The notes: generated from the letters alone by a model not told the origin. A stretch of 64,000 bases of DNA from an uncultured Chloroflexia bacterium (GCA_963743255.1 CAVUPD010000009.1:221827-285826); one strand, 5' to 3'; positions 53,635 to 62,971 are shown, numbered from the stretch's first letter. Made by a program: numbers and translations.

Positions 53635-54368
53635 CGTCCGGCCATCAGCCCGGTCAGGGCATCCATCAGGAATTGAACCCGCTGCGTCAGGATCAGCAGC
53701 GTGGCCGAGAGGGCGCCGGCGTACATCACCCCGAAGGCCAGCGCGATGAACGATTGGCCGAGCGCGCTGACGGCCTTCCCCAGCAGGCCGATCGGCCCCA
53801 GCGGGCGGCCCTCACTCCCCGGACCGCGCCGGAGCGTAAATCGGAAGTAGGCCAGCGTGCTCAGCGTGCCCGTCAGGAGGATCATGACGTTGATCACACG
53901 CTCGAAGCCCGTTTCGCCGGTCTGCGGCGAGACCACGCCGGGATCGAAGGTGCCCATCGCCGCCAGGGATTGCGGGATCAGCGTTCCGGTGATCGCCCCG
54001 CCGACAACCACCGCCGCACCGACACCGACCAGGAACACGGTGGAAAACGTGCCCAGCCGCGAAGGCCCCGGGACGAGTTTGAGGACCAACAAGAACGCCA
54101 GCAGCGCCGGGACGAGCAGCGTCAGCGCCGCCGTCGGATTGAGCAGTCCGCCCAGGCCGGCTTGCAGGATGGGCTGCACCAGTCCGGGCCACAACACCGA
54201 GCGGGCCGCCAGCGCGCCGGCGTAGCCTGCCGCCACGCCGATGAACAGATGTGTCGCCAGACGGAAGAGCGGGTTGTCACCGATCAGGTAGCTGAGGACC
54301 ATGACCGTCAGCAGCGCGGCGACGATCGGCCCGATCAGCGTGTCGACGAGCGTGGTGATCTCGGTCAT
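53631..54368 (-). CDS. Conserved hypothetical polytopic membrane protein
   Basis: SYLIGDNPLFRLATHLFIGVAAGY; 5-6 TM helices; ATGA overlaps on both sides. Confidence 0.8.
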   Translation of the reverse strand: MTEITTLVDTLIGPIVAALLTVMVLSYLIGDNPLFRLATHLFIGVAAGYAGALAARSVLWPGLVQPILQAGLGGLLNPTAALTLLVPALLAFLLVLKLVPGPSRLGTFSTVFLVGVGAAVVVGGAITGTLIPQSLAAMGTFDPGVVSPQTGETGFERVINVMILLTGTLSTLAYFRFTLRRGPGSEGRPLGPIGLLGKAVSALGQSFIALAFGVMYAGALSATLLILTQRVQFLMDALTGLMAGR

Positions 54369-56866
54369 GCGCGCTTCGGCCTCGGCCGCGGCCTGACGGC
54401 GTGCAGGATCCATGCTCCGACCCCGGACACGCCGCCGCTGATCAGCAGGAGCTCGAGCACCAGGATCCCCAGGCTGAACGGGTTCCAGCGTTCGACCGCC
54501 GGGCCGGGCTTGCCGTTGCGCAGCTCGTAAGCCACAGCCGCCGGTTCACCGCTCAGCAGCCCGTTCACCTGTGGGCGCAGGGCCTCGTAGTAGGGCCGAA
54601 TCATCGGCTCGACACCGGCACTCAACACCATCACCAGGGGCTTCCCGCCCAGCCATGGGCTGGCTTGCTCAATCCACGACCGCGCGCTCTCTGCACCGGC
54701 GGTGATCACCACCACCATGCCGAAGTCGGACAGGGTCCGCACGCCCTCGAGGACCGGTGAACCCCATCCGGCCATCGATCCGCCGTCCGAGTCGACCGTG
54801 GCGGCAAAGCCGCTCAATACGGCCCCGCGCGGGTCGGCGGAAAAGAGCTGTATCGCCGGAACACCGCCGGAGAGATAGCCAAGGTGGACATAGTCCTCGC
54901 CGGTCCGGTAGTCGTACGCCGCGCCGCGCAGGCGCAGCAGGCGCTCGGCCAGAGGCGGGCCCGTCGGTCGCGTCGAGAGGGTCGCCAGCGGGACACCCTT
55001 CGTCATCAGGTCCTCGATCAGGGGACCAGCGACGACCTCGAGCTCGCCGGCGTTCGCCGGCTCGAAGTCGAACACCAGCAAGGCGGGACGATCAGCGGGC
55101 AGGCCGGCCACCAGATTAACCAGCGGTGCGAGCTCGAGAGGCTCGACGGTCGGCAGCGCAAACACCGACAGGCGCAAGACGATCGGCAGGGCGACGGCAA
55201 GCAGGAGCAGCCCGGCGACCGCCCAGCGCAGCAGCGGTAAGCGGCGGGGCGCTCGTCCGGTTGGGGAAATCTCGCGCAGCTCGTCCTGCACGAGTTTAGT
55301 GAGCTGCTCAGCCTGGGCATATTGTCGTTCGGTGACGTTCAGGCGCGTCGAGCCGACACCGGAAATGCGCGGCAGCGCCACAACCGGCTCCGCCATCAAC
55401 ACGCCGCGCAACCCGGCGAGCGGACCGGCCAATTCGACCGCCTGCTCGTCCTCGGGCAAGATCTCGACCACCGAGCGGAAGGTGTCCACCGGGCGCATTG
55501 CTTCCAGCCAGGTGGGGAGCGTGGCGGGCGCTAGATCGGGACGGACCTCCGAGGAAATGGCCGCCTCGGACGGCATGTTGCCTGCTTCCGTCAGCCAGTC
55601 GGGGACCCCGACGTTTTCCATGTCGAAGTCCGCGCCCTCGGCTCCGCTACCGCTCGACACAAGCGCCTGGACGTGAGGCATGGGCGCCGCGGCTTCCGGC
55701 TGCCGCAGATCCTTCATCCACTCCGGCTCTGCGGTTTCGATCGCCGGGGCCGCTTCAGGCGCGCTGGTCGTCGGCAAGACAAGAGGTGGGCGAATGGGCT
55801 GCGAGTCCGGTTCCTCGGACGCCGGGACCAGGCTCGAGAGCCCGGTCTCATCGTCGAGCCCGCCAATGCCGAAGGGTGGTGTTGGCGGAGGAGCGGCCGG
55901 GGGTTCACGCAGTCTGCCCGTCGAGCTGGCCGCCGGGATTAGGTCATCGGTGCGAGGTCCTACCGGGGCCAGGCGATCTGCGCGCTTCGCAGGCTTCGGG
56001 GCCAGCGGGCCGGTGGACCGCTCCGCCACGGCGGGAGGTGCTGGTGGTTCCGGCTCGGAGACCGGTGGCTCGGGAGCCAGGCGTTCTGAAAGGCGGCCGG
56101 TCCGCGGCTCAGGCTCGGCGGGCGGCGTCTCCGGCTCAAGCCACGAGGGCGCCGGCGGGCCGGATGCAGAGAGGAAGTCCTCCGCCGGTAGGTCGCCGGG
56201 CGTCGCGAGCAACCCGGTCAGGCCGCTGTGCCAGCCGGTCTTCTCGAGATCAAACACGTCTGGCAGTGGTTGTCCGGCTTCATCCAGGGCATCCTCGTCG
56301 ACGCCTTCTTCGGCCTGTCTGGCGCGCACGCGGGCGAGCCAATCCGGGATCTCGCCCCTTGCCGCCGGCGGTGCCGAAGGAGTTGGCTCGCCTGCCGCAG
56401 CCGGCGCAGCCGGCGACTCTTCCGCCAGCCAGGTGGGAAGTTCACCTGCCGGTGGACCTGCTTCCTCTGAGGAGGCCTCGCGCAAGCGGCTGAGCCAGTC
56501 CGGGGATTCCCCGGGGCGCCCTACGGGACGTGCGGCCGGCTCCTTCTCTTCAGGCAGCCCTGCGGGCGGCTGGGCGGCGGCGCTTCCGTCCCACTCGCTT
56601 TGCGACCAGTCTGGATCGGTGGAGCGCAAGCGCGCCAGCCAGTCGCCTTCGTCGGTCGGTTCAGCCGGCTGGGCCGGGGCTGGAGGTTCATCGTCCGGCC
56701 CGCGCAGACGGGACAGCCAGTCCGGCATTGGAGGCAGCGGTTGGTCGGATGGCGGTGGCGTTGTGCCTGCTGGAAGAACCGGCTTGAGGCGCGCCCCGCA
56801 AAATCCACATTCATCCGCCCCTTCGGGATTGGGCTTGCTGCACATCGGGCAGCGCACGTCCGCCAC
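54365..56866 (-). CDS. Zinc-ribbon, PDWL-repeat disordered region, TM, extracytoplasmic alpha/beta domain, TM
   Basis: CPMC..CGFC; about 9 P-D/T/S/E-W-L/M motifs in a Pro/Glu-rich tract; VFDFEP..GEL, GEDYVHLGYLSGG. Confidence 0.8.
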   Translation of the reverse strand: MADVRCPMCSKPNPEGADECGFCGARLKPVLPAGTTPPPSDQPLPPMPDWLSRLRGPDDEPPAPAQPAEPTDEGDWLARLRSTDPDWSQSEWDGSAAAQPPAGLPEEKEPAARPVGRPGESPDWLSRLREASSEEAGPPAGELPTWLAEESPAAPAAAGEPTPSAPPAARGEIPDWLARVRARQAEEGVDEDALDEAGQPLPDVFDLEKTGWHSGLTGLLATPGDLPAEDFLSASGPPAPSWLEPETPPAEPEPRTGRLSERLAPEPPVSEPEPPAPPAVAERSTGPLAPKPAKRADRLAPVGPRTDDLIPAASSTGRLREPPAAPPPTPPFGIGGLDDETGLSSLVPASEEPDSQPIRPPLVLPTTSAPEAAPAIETAEPEWMKDLRQPEAAAPMPHVQALVSSGSGAEGADFDMENVGVPDWLTEAGNMPSEAAISSEVRPDLAPATLPTWLEAMRPVDTFRSVVEILPEDEQAVELAGPLAGLRGVLMAEPVVALPRISGVGSTRLNVTERQYAQAEQLTKLVQDELREISPTGRAPRRLPLLRWAVAGLLLLAVALPIVLRLSVFALPTVEPLELAPLVNLVAGLPADRPALLVFDFEPANAGELEVVAGPLIEDLMTKGVPLATLSTRPTGPPLAERLLRLRGAAYDYRTGEDYVHLGYLSGGVPAIQLFSADPRGAVLSGFAATVDSDGGSMAGWGSPVLEGVRTLSDFGMVVVITAGAESARSWIEQASPWLGGKPLVMVLSAGVEPMIRPYYEALRPQVNGLLSGEPAAVAYELRNGKPGPAVERWNPFSLGILVLELLLISGGVSGVGAWILHAVRPRPRPKRA

Positions 56867-56869
56867 GGC

Positions 56870-57502
56870 TCAGTCTCCGTAGGGGCGGTCGGCCCCGAGC
56901 AGGACGCGCAAGCCGGTGGCGACGGCGCCCAGGGCGATGCCCAGGACGATGCCGCGCGCCGCCCCCGCAGCCCACACCTGCGCCAGCCAGTTGCGCAGCC
57001 ACCCGAAGTAGGCCGTCAGCCCTCCGCCGCCAAACGGCCAGGGCGCCGTGCCCAGCAGGACGAGCAGCGCCGTGACGATGAAGATCAGACTGTAGACATC
57101 ACGCCGGCGCGCCACCATGCGCACACCGGCCACGGCAAGCGACACAGCCAGCAGCGCCATCAACGTCGCTTCAACCGGAAGCTGGATGTACTCGAACAGC
57201 GAAAGGACGACACGGTTGTCCGGGCCGAACACCAGCCCGAGCACCAGCGTCCCGAGCAGGATGATGATCAGCAGCGCACTGTAGGGCCAGCCGCCTTCCT
57301 GCTGTGTGACCTTGTGCATGTGCGCGGCGAGCAAGTTCAGGATCCCAAGCAGGAGCGCCGTGGCCGAGAGCAGGATCGCCCAGCGCATGAAGAGTAGGCG
57401 CAGCTCCTGCAGCGTCTGCCACTCGACGAAGTAGCCCGCCAGCACGACCCCGCCGAACGCCATCGCCACCGCGGTCCATACGATCCACGCGCCCAGCTTC
57501 AC
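56870..57502 (-). CDS. Conserved hypothetical polytopic membrane protein
   Basis: About 6 TM helices; IQLPVEATLMALLA, AGAARGIVLGIALGAVATGLRVLLGADRPY. Confidence 0.8.
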   Translation of the reverse strand: MKLGAWIVWTAVAMAFGGVVLAGYFVEWQTLQELRLLFMRWAILLSATALLLGILNLLAAHMHKVTQQEGGWPYSALLIIILLGTLVLGLVFGPDNRVVLSLFEYIQLPVEATLMALLAVSLAVAGVRMVARRRDVYSLIFIVTALLVLLGTAPWPFGGGGLTAYFGWLRNWLAQVWAAGAARGIVLGIALGAVATGLRVLLGADRPYGD

Positions 57503-58245
57503 AGCCCAACCCCCAGCGTGCGGAGCAGCGTGCCGACCAGGATGGCCAGGATGACAAGGACGCGGACGACGTCTTGCGTGCGCAGGCTTGCGCCGTGGAA
57601 CACGCCGGCATTCAAGTAGGCGCCGCCGGCGAAGACCTCCTCGCCGATAAGCGGGTGGTCGGCCGTGGCATACAGCAACGCCTGCGCGTGGACGTCGTCA
57701 CTGCCGCCGACGACGAACGCCTGCCGCCGCTCCCCGAAGTCCGCCACCAGCGCACCCTCGGCGCCGAAGGATCCGTTCAAGATGTGGACTGAGACGCCCT
57801 CGGTGGCGAGGACGGCCGGAATGCCGGCGGCATACGAGTACGGCGTGGCCCCCAGCATTCGGCCCGAGGTCGGTTCGAAGCGATCGCCGGCGCCGACGCG
57901 CGCGTGCGCCGTGCGCAACGTGTCCTGGGCCAGGATGGCCATGGCGCCATCGGCGGTCGTGGCCACCGCCGGCCGGTCGCTCATCACCGTCGCCGATGCT
58001 ACCCGAGAGAGGACGACCAGTCCGGCCATGGCCGGCGCCAACTCCGGCCCGATCACCGAGCCGGTGCCGAGGGAGACATGGACTCGTTCGCCGGCCTCGA
58101 CGGCATGTTCGATCGCCGTCCCAAGCGCCTCGAAGCTGGGCAGACTGCGGAAGGCGGGCTGCCACTTGCGTCCCAGAAGCGCGAAGATCAGGAGCAGCAG
58201 CGTGAATGCGCCGATGACGGCCAGCCCGACCCAGTCAAAGCTCAT
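57499..58245 (-). CDS. DUF6754-like membrane protein
   Basis: N-terminal TM, R.LP.FEAL..AIEHAVEAGERVHVSLGTG, GSFGAE, LIGEEVFAGGAYL, ASLRTQD..R, C-terminal TM. Confidence 0.75.
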   Translation of the reverse strand: MSFDWVGLAVIGAFTLLLLIFALLGRKWQPAFRSLPSFEALGTAIEHAVEAGERVHVSLGTGSVIGPELAPAMAGLVVLSRVASATVMSDRPAVATTADGAMAILAQDTLRTAHARVGAGDRFEPTSGRMLGATPYSYAAGIPAVLATEGVSVHILNGSFGAEGALVADFGERRQAFVVGGSDDVHAQALLYATADHPLIGEEVFAGGAYLNAGVFHGASLRTQDVVRVLVILAILVGTLLRTLGVGL

Positions 58246-58490
58246 GGCGGCGGCTCCCGACGCAGGCTCTCGACAAACCCCGCCATGCGCTGCGGGTCCT
58301 CCAGCAAGCCCACCAGCCCCGCGCTGCGCGTGGCGTGCGGACCGATCAGGGGTCCAACCATGTACCCCAGCTGCGCGCCGACCCAGGCCAGCGGTGCGAG
58401 CGCCTCGATCAACGTTGAGGCCGCGCCCTCGAGCCCCAGCGAGCGCACTTGGGCCGCGAGTCGATCGTCGAACGATCGGTCGGGGTTCAT
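58242..58490 (-). CDS. Small conserved hypothetical protein (82 aa), first gene of operon
   Basis: LIEALAPLAWVGAQLGY..LLEDP; ATGA overlap with the next gene; ATG 7 nt below an extended -10. Confidence 0.65.
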   Translation of the reverse strand: MNPDRSFDDRLAAQVRSLGLEGAASTLIEALAPLAWVGAQLGYMVGPLIGPHATRSAGLVGLLEDPQRMAGFVESLRREPPP

Positions 58491-58497
58491 CGCGGGC

Positions 58498-58506
58498 AGT
58501 ATAGCA
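58498..58506 (-). promoter_or_regulatory. Extended -10 promoter (leaderless) for the GlmL-like operon
   Basis: TGCTATACT 7 nt upstream of ATG 58490; no SD. Confidence 0.65.
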
Positions 58507-58649
58507 TAAGGGTTTTGGGCAGGCCACAAGGCGCCATCTGTGGCGGTCGGGTGTGGGCCATGGCGTGGATCTTGGAGACGACCCTCCCCCGCGAGCGTGA
58601 GTCCTGCGCCCATCGGGGGATTCTTGGTTGCGTCGGGACCTCCATCCAC

Positions 58650-58670
58650 TATAATGCGGAACAGGTGTTC
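58650..58670 (+). promoter_or_regulatory. -10 box plus LexA (Gram-positive/Chloroflexi type) SOS box upstream of nurA
   Basis: TATAAT 58650-58655; GAACAGGTGTTC 58659-58670. Confidence 0.78.
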
Positions 58671-58681
58671 GAGCGGCGTCC

Positions 58682-59866
58682 ATGAGCCTGAATCTCCCTG
58701 GAATCCTGGGACAACTCGAGAAGATGGGCGCGGCGCTGGCTGAACAGCAGGCCGCGCTTCGCCGGTTGCAGCCGGCAGCACGCAAGGCGCTCGAGCACGC
58801 GGCAGGCCTCTCCCCGCAGGAACTCTCCGCACAGGTGGCGCGCGCCGGGGATCGCTACCGAGGCGCACGTCCCACCGACGAACCGCTTCTCACCGCTGGC
58901 GCTGCCCCGGCCCTCGAAGCCGGTTTGGTCGTTGCCGGCGCCGACGGCTCCCAGATCTACCCCGACCGGCACGCACCGGCGCTGTACTACGTGATCCAGG
59001 TTGGCGGGCTGGCCATGGAGACCGGGTCCAGCCGGGCACCGCAGACACGCACGCAGCCGCAGATCTACTTTCTGCCGGAGGACCTGCACGATCAGCAGGG
59101 GTATCCGGTCGGGAACGCCATGATCAACGGCCGGCGCGACGCGGAGGAAATGAAGGCCCTGGCCGAATGGGCGCAAGCTCACTCCGGCCGCCCGTTCGTC
59201 GCCCTGCTCGATAACGGCCTGCTGTTGTGGTTCGCCCTGCAGGTGCGCGAGCAGAACCAAAAGGACGTCGATCACATCCTGCAGTCCTACCTCGGCCACC
59301 TGGACAGCCTGCAGGCCAGCGGCGGATGCGTGGCGGGATTCATCGATCGCCCGCGAAGTGCCGACGTGCTGACACTGGCGCATCTTTCGACGCTGCCGCC
59401 CGAGGCGGTGAACGATCAATCGCTGCGCGCCAACCCGTTCCGCTCCCTCACCGATCGGGCGCTGTTCGACGACCTTCTCGGGCCGGGCCAGCGCTCGGCC
59501 TGTTTCATCGACAGCTCTCCGCTGAATCGCGATTTCGAGACGAAGGGCCATCAGGTCCGTTTCTTCTACCTGAAGACCGACGCTCGGGGGACGATCGCCC
59601 GGGTCGAAGTTCCTGCCTGGGTGGCGCAGGATCCGGCGCGGCTTGGGCGGGTGCACGCCGCCATCCTCGACCAATGCCGGGCCACGGGGGGGTTCCCGTA
59701 TGTGCTCGTTCGCGCTCACGAGCTGGCTGTCGTGACGAATCAGGATCGCCAGCAGCTCGAAGGGCTGATCCAGCAGCGGCTCGTGGACAGCCACGTGGCC
59801 GGACGCGCATCGCAGAAGGCAACGACCAAACGCTGGACGCGCTCGCGCCGCAAGCACCGACTGTAG
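58682..59866 (+). CDS. nurA: NurA family nuclease
   Basis: GADGSQI.PDRH, LLDNGLL, FFYL, ARVEVPAW, GFPYVLVRAHELAV. Confidence 0.85.
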   Translation: MSLNLPGILGQLEKMGAALAEQQAALRRLQPAARKALEHAAGLSPQELSAQVARAGDRYRGARPTDEPLLTAGAAPALEAGLVVAGADGSQIYPDRHAPALYYVIQVGGLAMETGSSRAPQTRTQPQIYFLPEDLHDQQGYPVGNAMINGRRDAEEMKALAEWAQAHSGRPFVALLDNGLLLWFALQVREQNQKDVDHILQSYLGHLDSLQASGGCVAGFIDRPRSADVLTLAHLSTLPPEAVNDQSLRANPFRSLTDRALFDDLLGPGQRSACFIDSSPLNRDFETKGHQVRFFYLKTDARGTIARVEVPAWVAQDPARLGRVHAAILDQCRATGGFPYVLVRAHELAVVTNQDRQQLEGLIQQRLVDSHVAGRASQKATTKRWTRSRRKHRL

Positions 59867-59916
59867 GACGGCGTGGGTCGCCGGGGCCGCCGGCAGTCGC
59901 GGCCGAAAGAGGGCGT

Positions 59917-60514
59917 ATGACCGCAGAGGATCGACCGATCGGCCGGGTGACCCGCTGTAGCACGCGCGGTTTCGTCGGCGCCGTTCGCCTTCCGGAACCC
60001 GAGTGGCCTGTGTTCGGCACCTACTGCCAGGCTGAGGCCCAACAGGGGCGCAGCCACGTGATCGGGTTGATCTACGACCTGAGCATCGAGGATGACGAGC
60101 TGGCGCGTCAACTGGCCGCCTCCGAAGTCGCTCAGCCCCGAACAACTGGCCGACAGTCAGGTCAATCGACAGGTGCCGGTCGAGTATCGGGCGCTGGCGA
60201 TCGGCTACCGGAACGGCGCCGGCTTTGTGCAGTCCCTGCCGCCGCAACCGCCGCTGACACTGGCCCCCATCCATCGCCTGTCGCCGGCGGATGTTCGTCA
60301 ATTCACCGGGCATCTGGAGTTCCTCAAGTTGATCCTGGCGGTCCCGGAAATCCCGGTGGACGACCTGCTGGCGGCGGCGCTGCAGGCCGCTGCGGCCGTC
60401 CGGCCCGAGAACGAGCGCCGTGCGTATCTTGTATCTGCGGCGGCAGAGTGTGCCCGGCTCGTCGGGCGGGACCTGACGCGCCTCGAGAGCCTAGTTCGTT
60501 CGCTCCGGCCGTAG
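59917..60514 (+). CDS. HAS-barrel domain protein (frameshift ~60135)
   Basis: IGRV..ST..F, PVFG, IGLIYD, LPPQPP; sits between nurA and herA. Confidence 0.7.
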
Positions 60515-60575
60515 GGGCCAACCTGCCGAGGATGCCGGCCGGCCGCGCGTCCGAGCGCGACCTGAGGGAGAACGT

Positions 60576-62231
60576 ATGACCAATACCTCCGAACTCGACG
60601 CCTACTTCGGCCCGCGCCCGGGCGAGACACCGCTGGGAATGGTGGTGGGCGGCTCGCTTTCCACCGGGCTGCTGGTCAAGCTCGACCCGCGCCTGTCGAT
60701 CGAACGCCTGGCCGTCGGGCGGTACGTCGTCATCCGCGGCACCAGCGGACGCAAGTTCTTCGGCATCGTCACCGACATCGCCCTCGACGCCACCAATCCC
60801 GACCTGATGCGCCAGCCTCCCGCACCCGGCGACGCCTTCGCCGCCGAGGTGTACTCGCGGCAGGTGGCCTACGGCACGCTGTCCGTCAGCCCGATGCTGA
60901 TGCTCGATCCGGAGGACGACCAGCCTCGTCCCAACAAGACCGTCCCGGCGCACTTCGCCCCGGTGGATGAGGCATCGGCCGAGGACGTCGAGCGCGTGTT
61001 CGGTGCCGAAGACGAGAAGCACCTGTTCCTGGGCACCCCGCTCGACATGGAGGGCGTGCACGTCAACCTCGACCTGGAGCGCTTCGTCGAGCGCTCCTCC
61101 GGCGTGTTCGGCAAGAGCGGCACGGGCAAGTCCTTCATCACGCGCATCCTGCTGGCCGGGATCATCCGCGCCGGCGGCGCCTCGGCGCTGATCTTCGACA
61201 TGCACAACGACTACGGCTGGGCGGTCAAGGACGAGGCCGGCCGCGAGTTCAAGGGCCTGCGCCAGCTCTTCACCGCCGGCCAGGTCAGCGTGGTGACGCT
61301 CGACGAGGAGACCTCCCGGGCGCGCGGCAGCAAGGTCGACCGTGTCCTCCGGATCGGCACGCAGCAGCTCGAGCCGGAGGACGTCGAGATGCTCTCCGGC
61401 CTGCTCGGACTGAGCGACGTGCAGACCGGCGCGCTGCCGTTCCTGCGGCGCCGTCTGGGACCGGCGTGGATCGACCGGCTGCTGAGCGACGGGCCCGACG
61501 AGGAGCTGGCGTCGCTGGTCGAGGAGGAGCGCATCGTCTCGTCGACGCTGGGCGCCATCCAGCGCAAGTTCGAATTCTTCCGCCGGCTTGGGTTCCTGGT
61601 GCCCGGCCCCGGCGACGACGCCGTCGATGACATCTTCCAGCGCCTGAAGCAGGGACGGAGCGTCGTGCTCGAGTTCGGCCGCTACGGGAACACGCTGGCG
61701 GCCTACATCCTGGTGGCCAACTTCCTGACCCGACGGGTCCACGAGCGCTACGTGCGCCAGAAGAACGAGGCAGTTGGGAGGAAGGCGGACGAGCCGCAGC
61801 CGCTGGTGATCGTCATCGAGGAAGCGCACAAGTTCCTCGATCCTTCGATCGCCGGCCACACCGTCTTCGGCAACATCGCCCGCGAACTGCGCAAGTACAA
61901 CGTCACGCTGCTGATCGTCGACCAGCGTCCGAGCGGCATCGACGACGAGGTGATGAGCCAGATCGGCACGCGGGTCACCTGCCTGCTGGACAACGAAGCC
62001 GACATCCGGGCGGTGTTCTCCGGCGTCAGCGGCGCCGGAGCGCTGCGCGAGGTGCTGGCCCGCCTCGACACGCGCCAGCAGGCGCTGATCCTGGGCCACG
62101 CGGTGCCGATGCCGGTGGTCGTGCGCACGCGTGACTACGATGAATCGTTCTACCGTTGGCTCGGTGCGGCCGACGACGGTGAGCGCAAGGTCCGCGCAAA
62201 GAAGGGCAGCCAGGCGTTGTTCGGGGAGTAG
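60576..62231 (+). CDS. herA: HerA/DUF87 family ATPase
   Basis: N-terminal HAS barrel, GKSGTGKS, IFDMHNDY, IVIEEAH, RELRKY, VDQRPS. Confidence 0.88.
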   Translation: MTNTSELDAYFGPRPGETPLGMVVGGSLSTGLLVKLDPRLSIERLAVGRYVVIRGTSGRKFFGIVTDIALDATNPDLMRQPPAPGDAFAAEVYSRQVAYGTLSVSPMLMLDPEDDQPRPNKTVPAHFAPVDEASAEDVERVFGAEDEKHLFLGTPLDMEGVHVNLDLERFVERSSGVFGKSGTGKSFITRILLAGIIRAGGASALIFDMHNDYGWAVKDEAGREFKGLRQLFTAGQVSVVTLDEETSRARGSKVDRVLRIGTQQLEPEDVEMLSGLLGLSDVQTGALPFLRRRLGPAWIDRLLSDGPDEELASLVEEERIVSSTLGAIQRKFEFFRRLGFLVPGPGDDAVDDIFQRLKQGRSVVLEFGRYGNTLAAYILVANFLTRRVHERYVRQKNEAVGRKADEPQPLVIVIEEAHKFLDPSIAGHTVFGNIARELRKYNVTLLIVDQRPSGIDDEVMSQIGTRVTCLLDNEADIRAVFSGVSGAGALREVLARLDTRQQALILGHAVPMPVVVRTRDYDESFYRWLGAADDGERKVRAKKGSQALFGE

Positions 62232-62275
62232 GCCATAGAAACGAGGAGCGGCCGGCAGGGCGCCAGCCGCTCTTC

Positions 62276-62341
62276 GTTAGTTGCCAGTTGCTGACTGCAA
62301 ATCGCTAATCGCTCATTGCTAGTTGCTAGTTGCTGATTGCC
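62276..62341. repeat. Heptamer tandem repeat tract between convergent genes
   Basis: gttagtt gccagtt gctgact gcaaatc gctaatc gctcatt gctagtt gctagtt gctgatt. Confidence 0.7.
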
Positions 62342-62344
62342 CGT

Positions 62345-62665
62345 TCAGGCTGCTGCCCCGCCGATCGAGATCATGAAGACCATCGCCAACAGGCAGATGA
62401 CGCCGGCCAGAACATACCCGACGGCCGCTGCCCGATGGCGCGATTTGTTGAGGCGGTTCATGCCGCTCAGGTAGGCGTTGAACTCTCCGACAAACGTCTT
62501 GTTCGCTTCAGCCAGGACAGGGTCCACGGCGGCGTCGGCCAGCGGAGTATCGCGCTGCCGGATGGAGAACGGCCGGATCTCCTGTCCGGTCTCGCGCCAG
62601 TGGATGTAGGCCGAGTAGAAGAAGAAGGCGGCGAAGAAGAGCCAGATCGGATACAGGTAGGCCAT
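62345..62665 (-). CDS. Small two-TM hypothetical protein
   Basis: RBS GGAGG, two hydrophobic helices, 106 aa. Confidence 0.65.
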   Translation of the reverse strand: MAYLYPIWLFFAAFFFYSAYIHWRETGQEIRPFSIRQRDTPLADAAVDPVLAEANKTFVGEFNAYLSGMNRLNKSRHRAAAVGYVLAGVICLLAMVFMISIGGAAA

Positions 62666-62947
62666 TCGATCCTCCAATGGCCGCACGATTCGCACGGCCC
62701 CTCGTCGTCGTAGACCAGGCAGGTTGGCAAGCCGACTCGGAGGAGATTATAGATGACTCACGCCCCGGGCGCAGTCGTCCTCTCCTCCCATCCTCTGGCC
62801 CACACCCGGGATGCGGTTCTGCTAGAAACCGGTGGGGGTGGGGCACCAACCGGCGCGCTCGGAGACGGCTGCCTTGATCGGGTCGGCCAACGGGTCCTGC
62901 GTCCCCAAAGGTGAGATCGAGAACGCCTTGTCACGCATCTGGGAATA

Positions 62948-62965
62948 GAACATTTGTGCTATACT
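62948..62965 (+). promoter_or_regulatory. Probable LexA box abutting an extended -10 (leaderless start)
   Basis: GAACATTTGTGC 62948-62959, TATACT 62960-62965, GTG at 62972. Confidence 0.65.
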
Positions 62966-62971
62966 GGGCCT

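Noticed and set aside
662-60514. About 20 frameshifted genes (PP2C, coaE, rsgA, PBP, maf, ABC ATPase, ALDH, uvrC, HAS barrel and others) as pseudogenes or programmed frameshifts
   Set aside because: They are single-base indels with intact motifs on both sides, include housekeeping genes, cluster regionally, and show no in-frame stop decay or slippery-site pattern. This best fits long-read consensus errors; read mapping would settle it.
58649-62099. Long minus-strand ORFs 58649..60313 and 60324..62099 (also 7771..9432, 34454..35899 and similar)
   Set aside because: Antisense shadows of well-supported genes, expected at high GC; no recognisable motifs
58682-62231. nurA-herA as an anti-phage defence system (Sir2-HerA/Nezha-like)
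   Set aside because: No Sir2, DUF4297 or other effector and no defence-island context; the SOS box points to DNA repair
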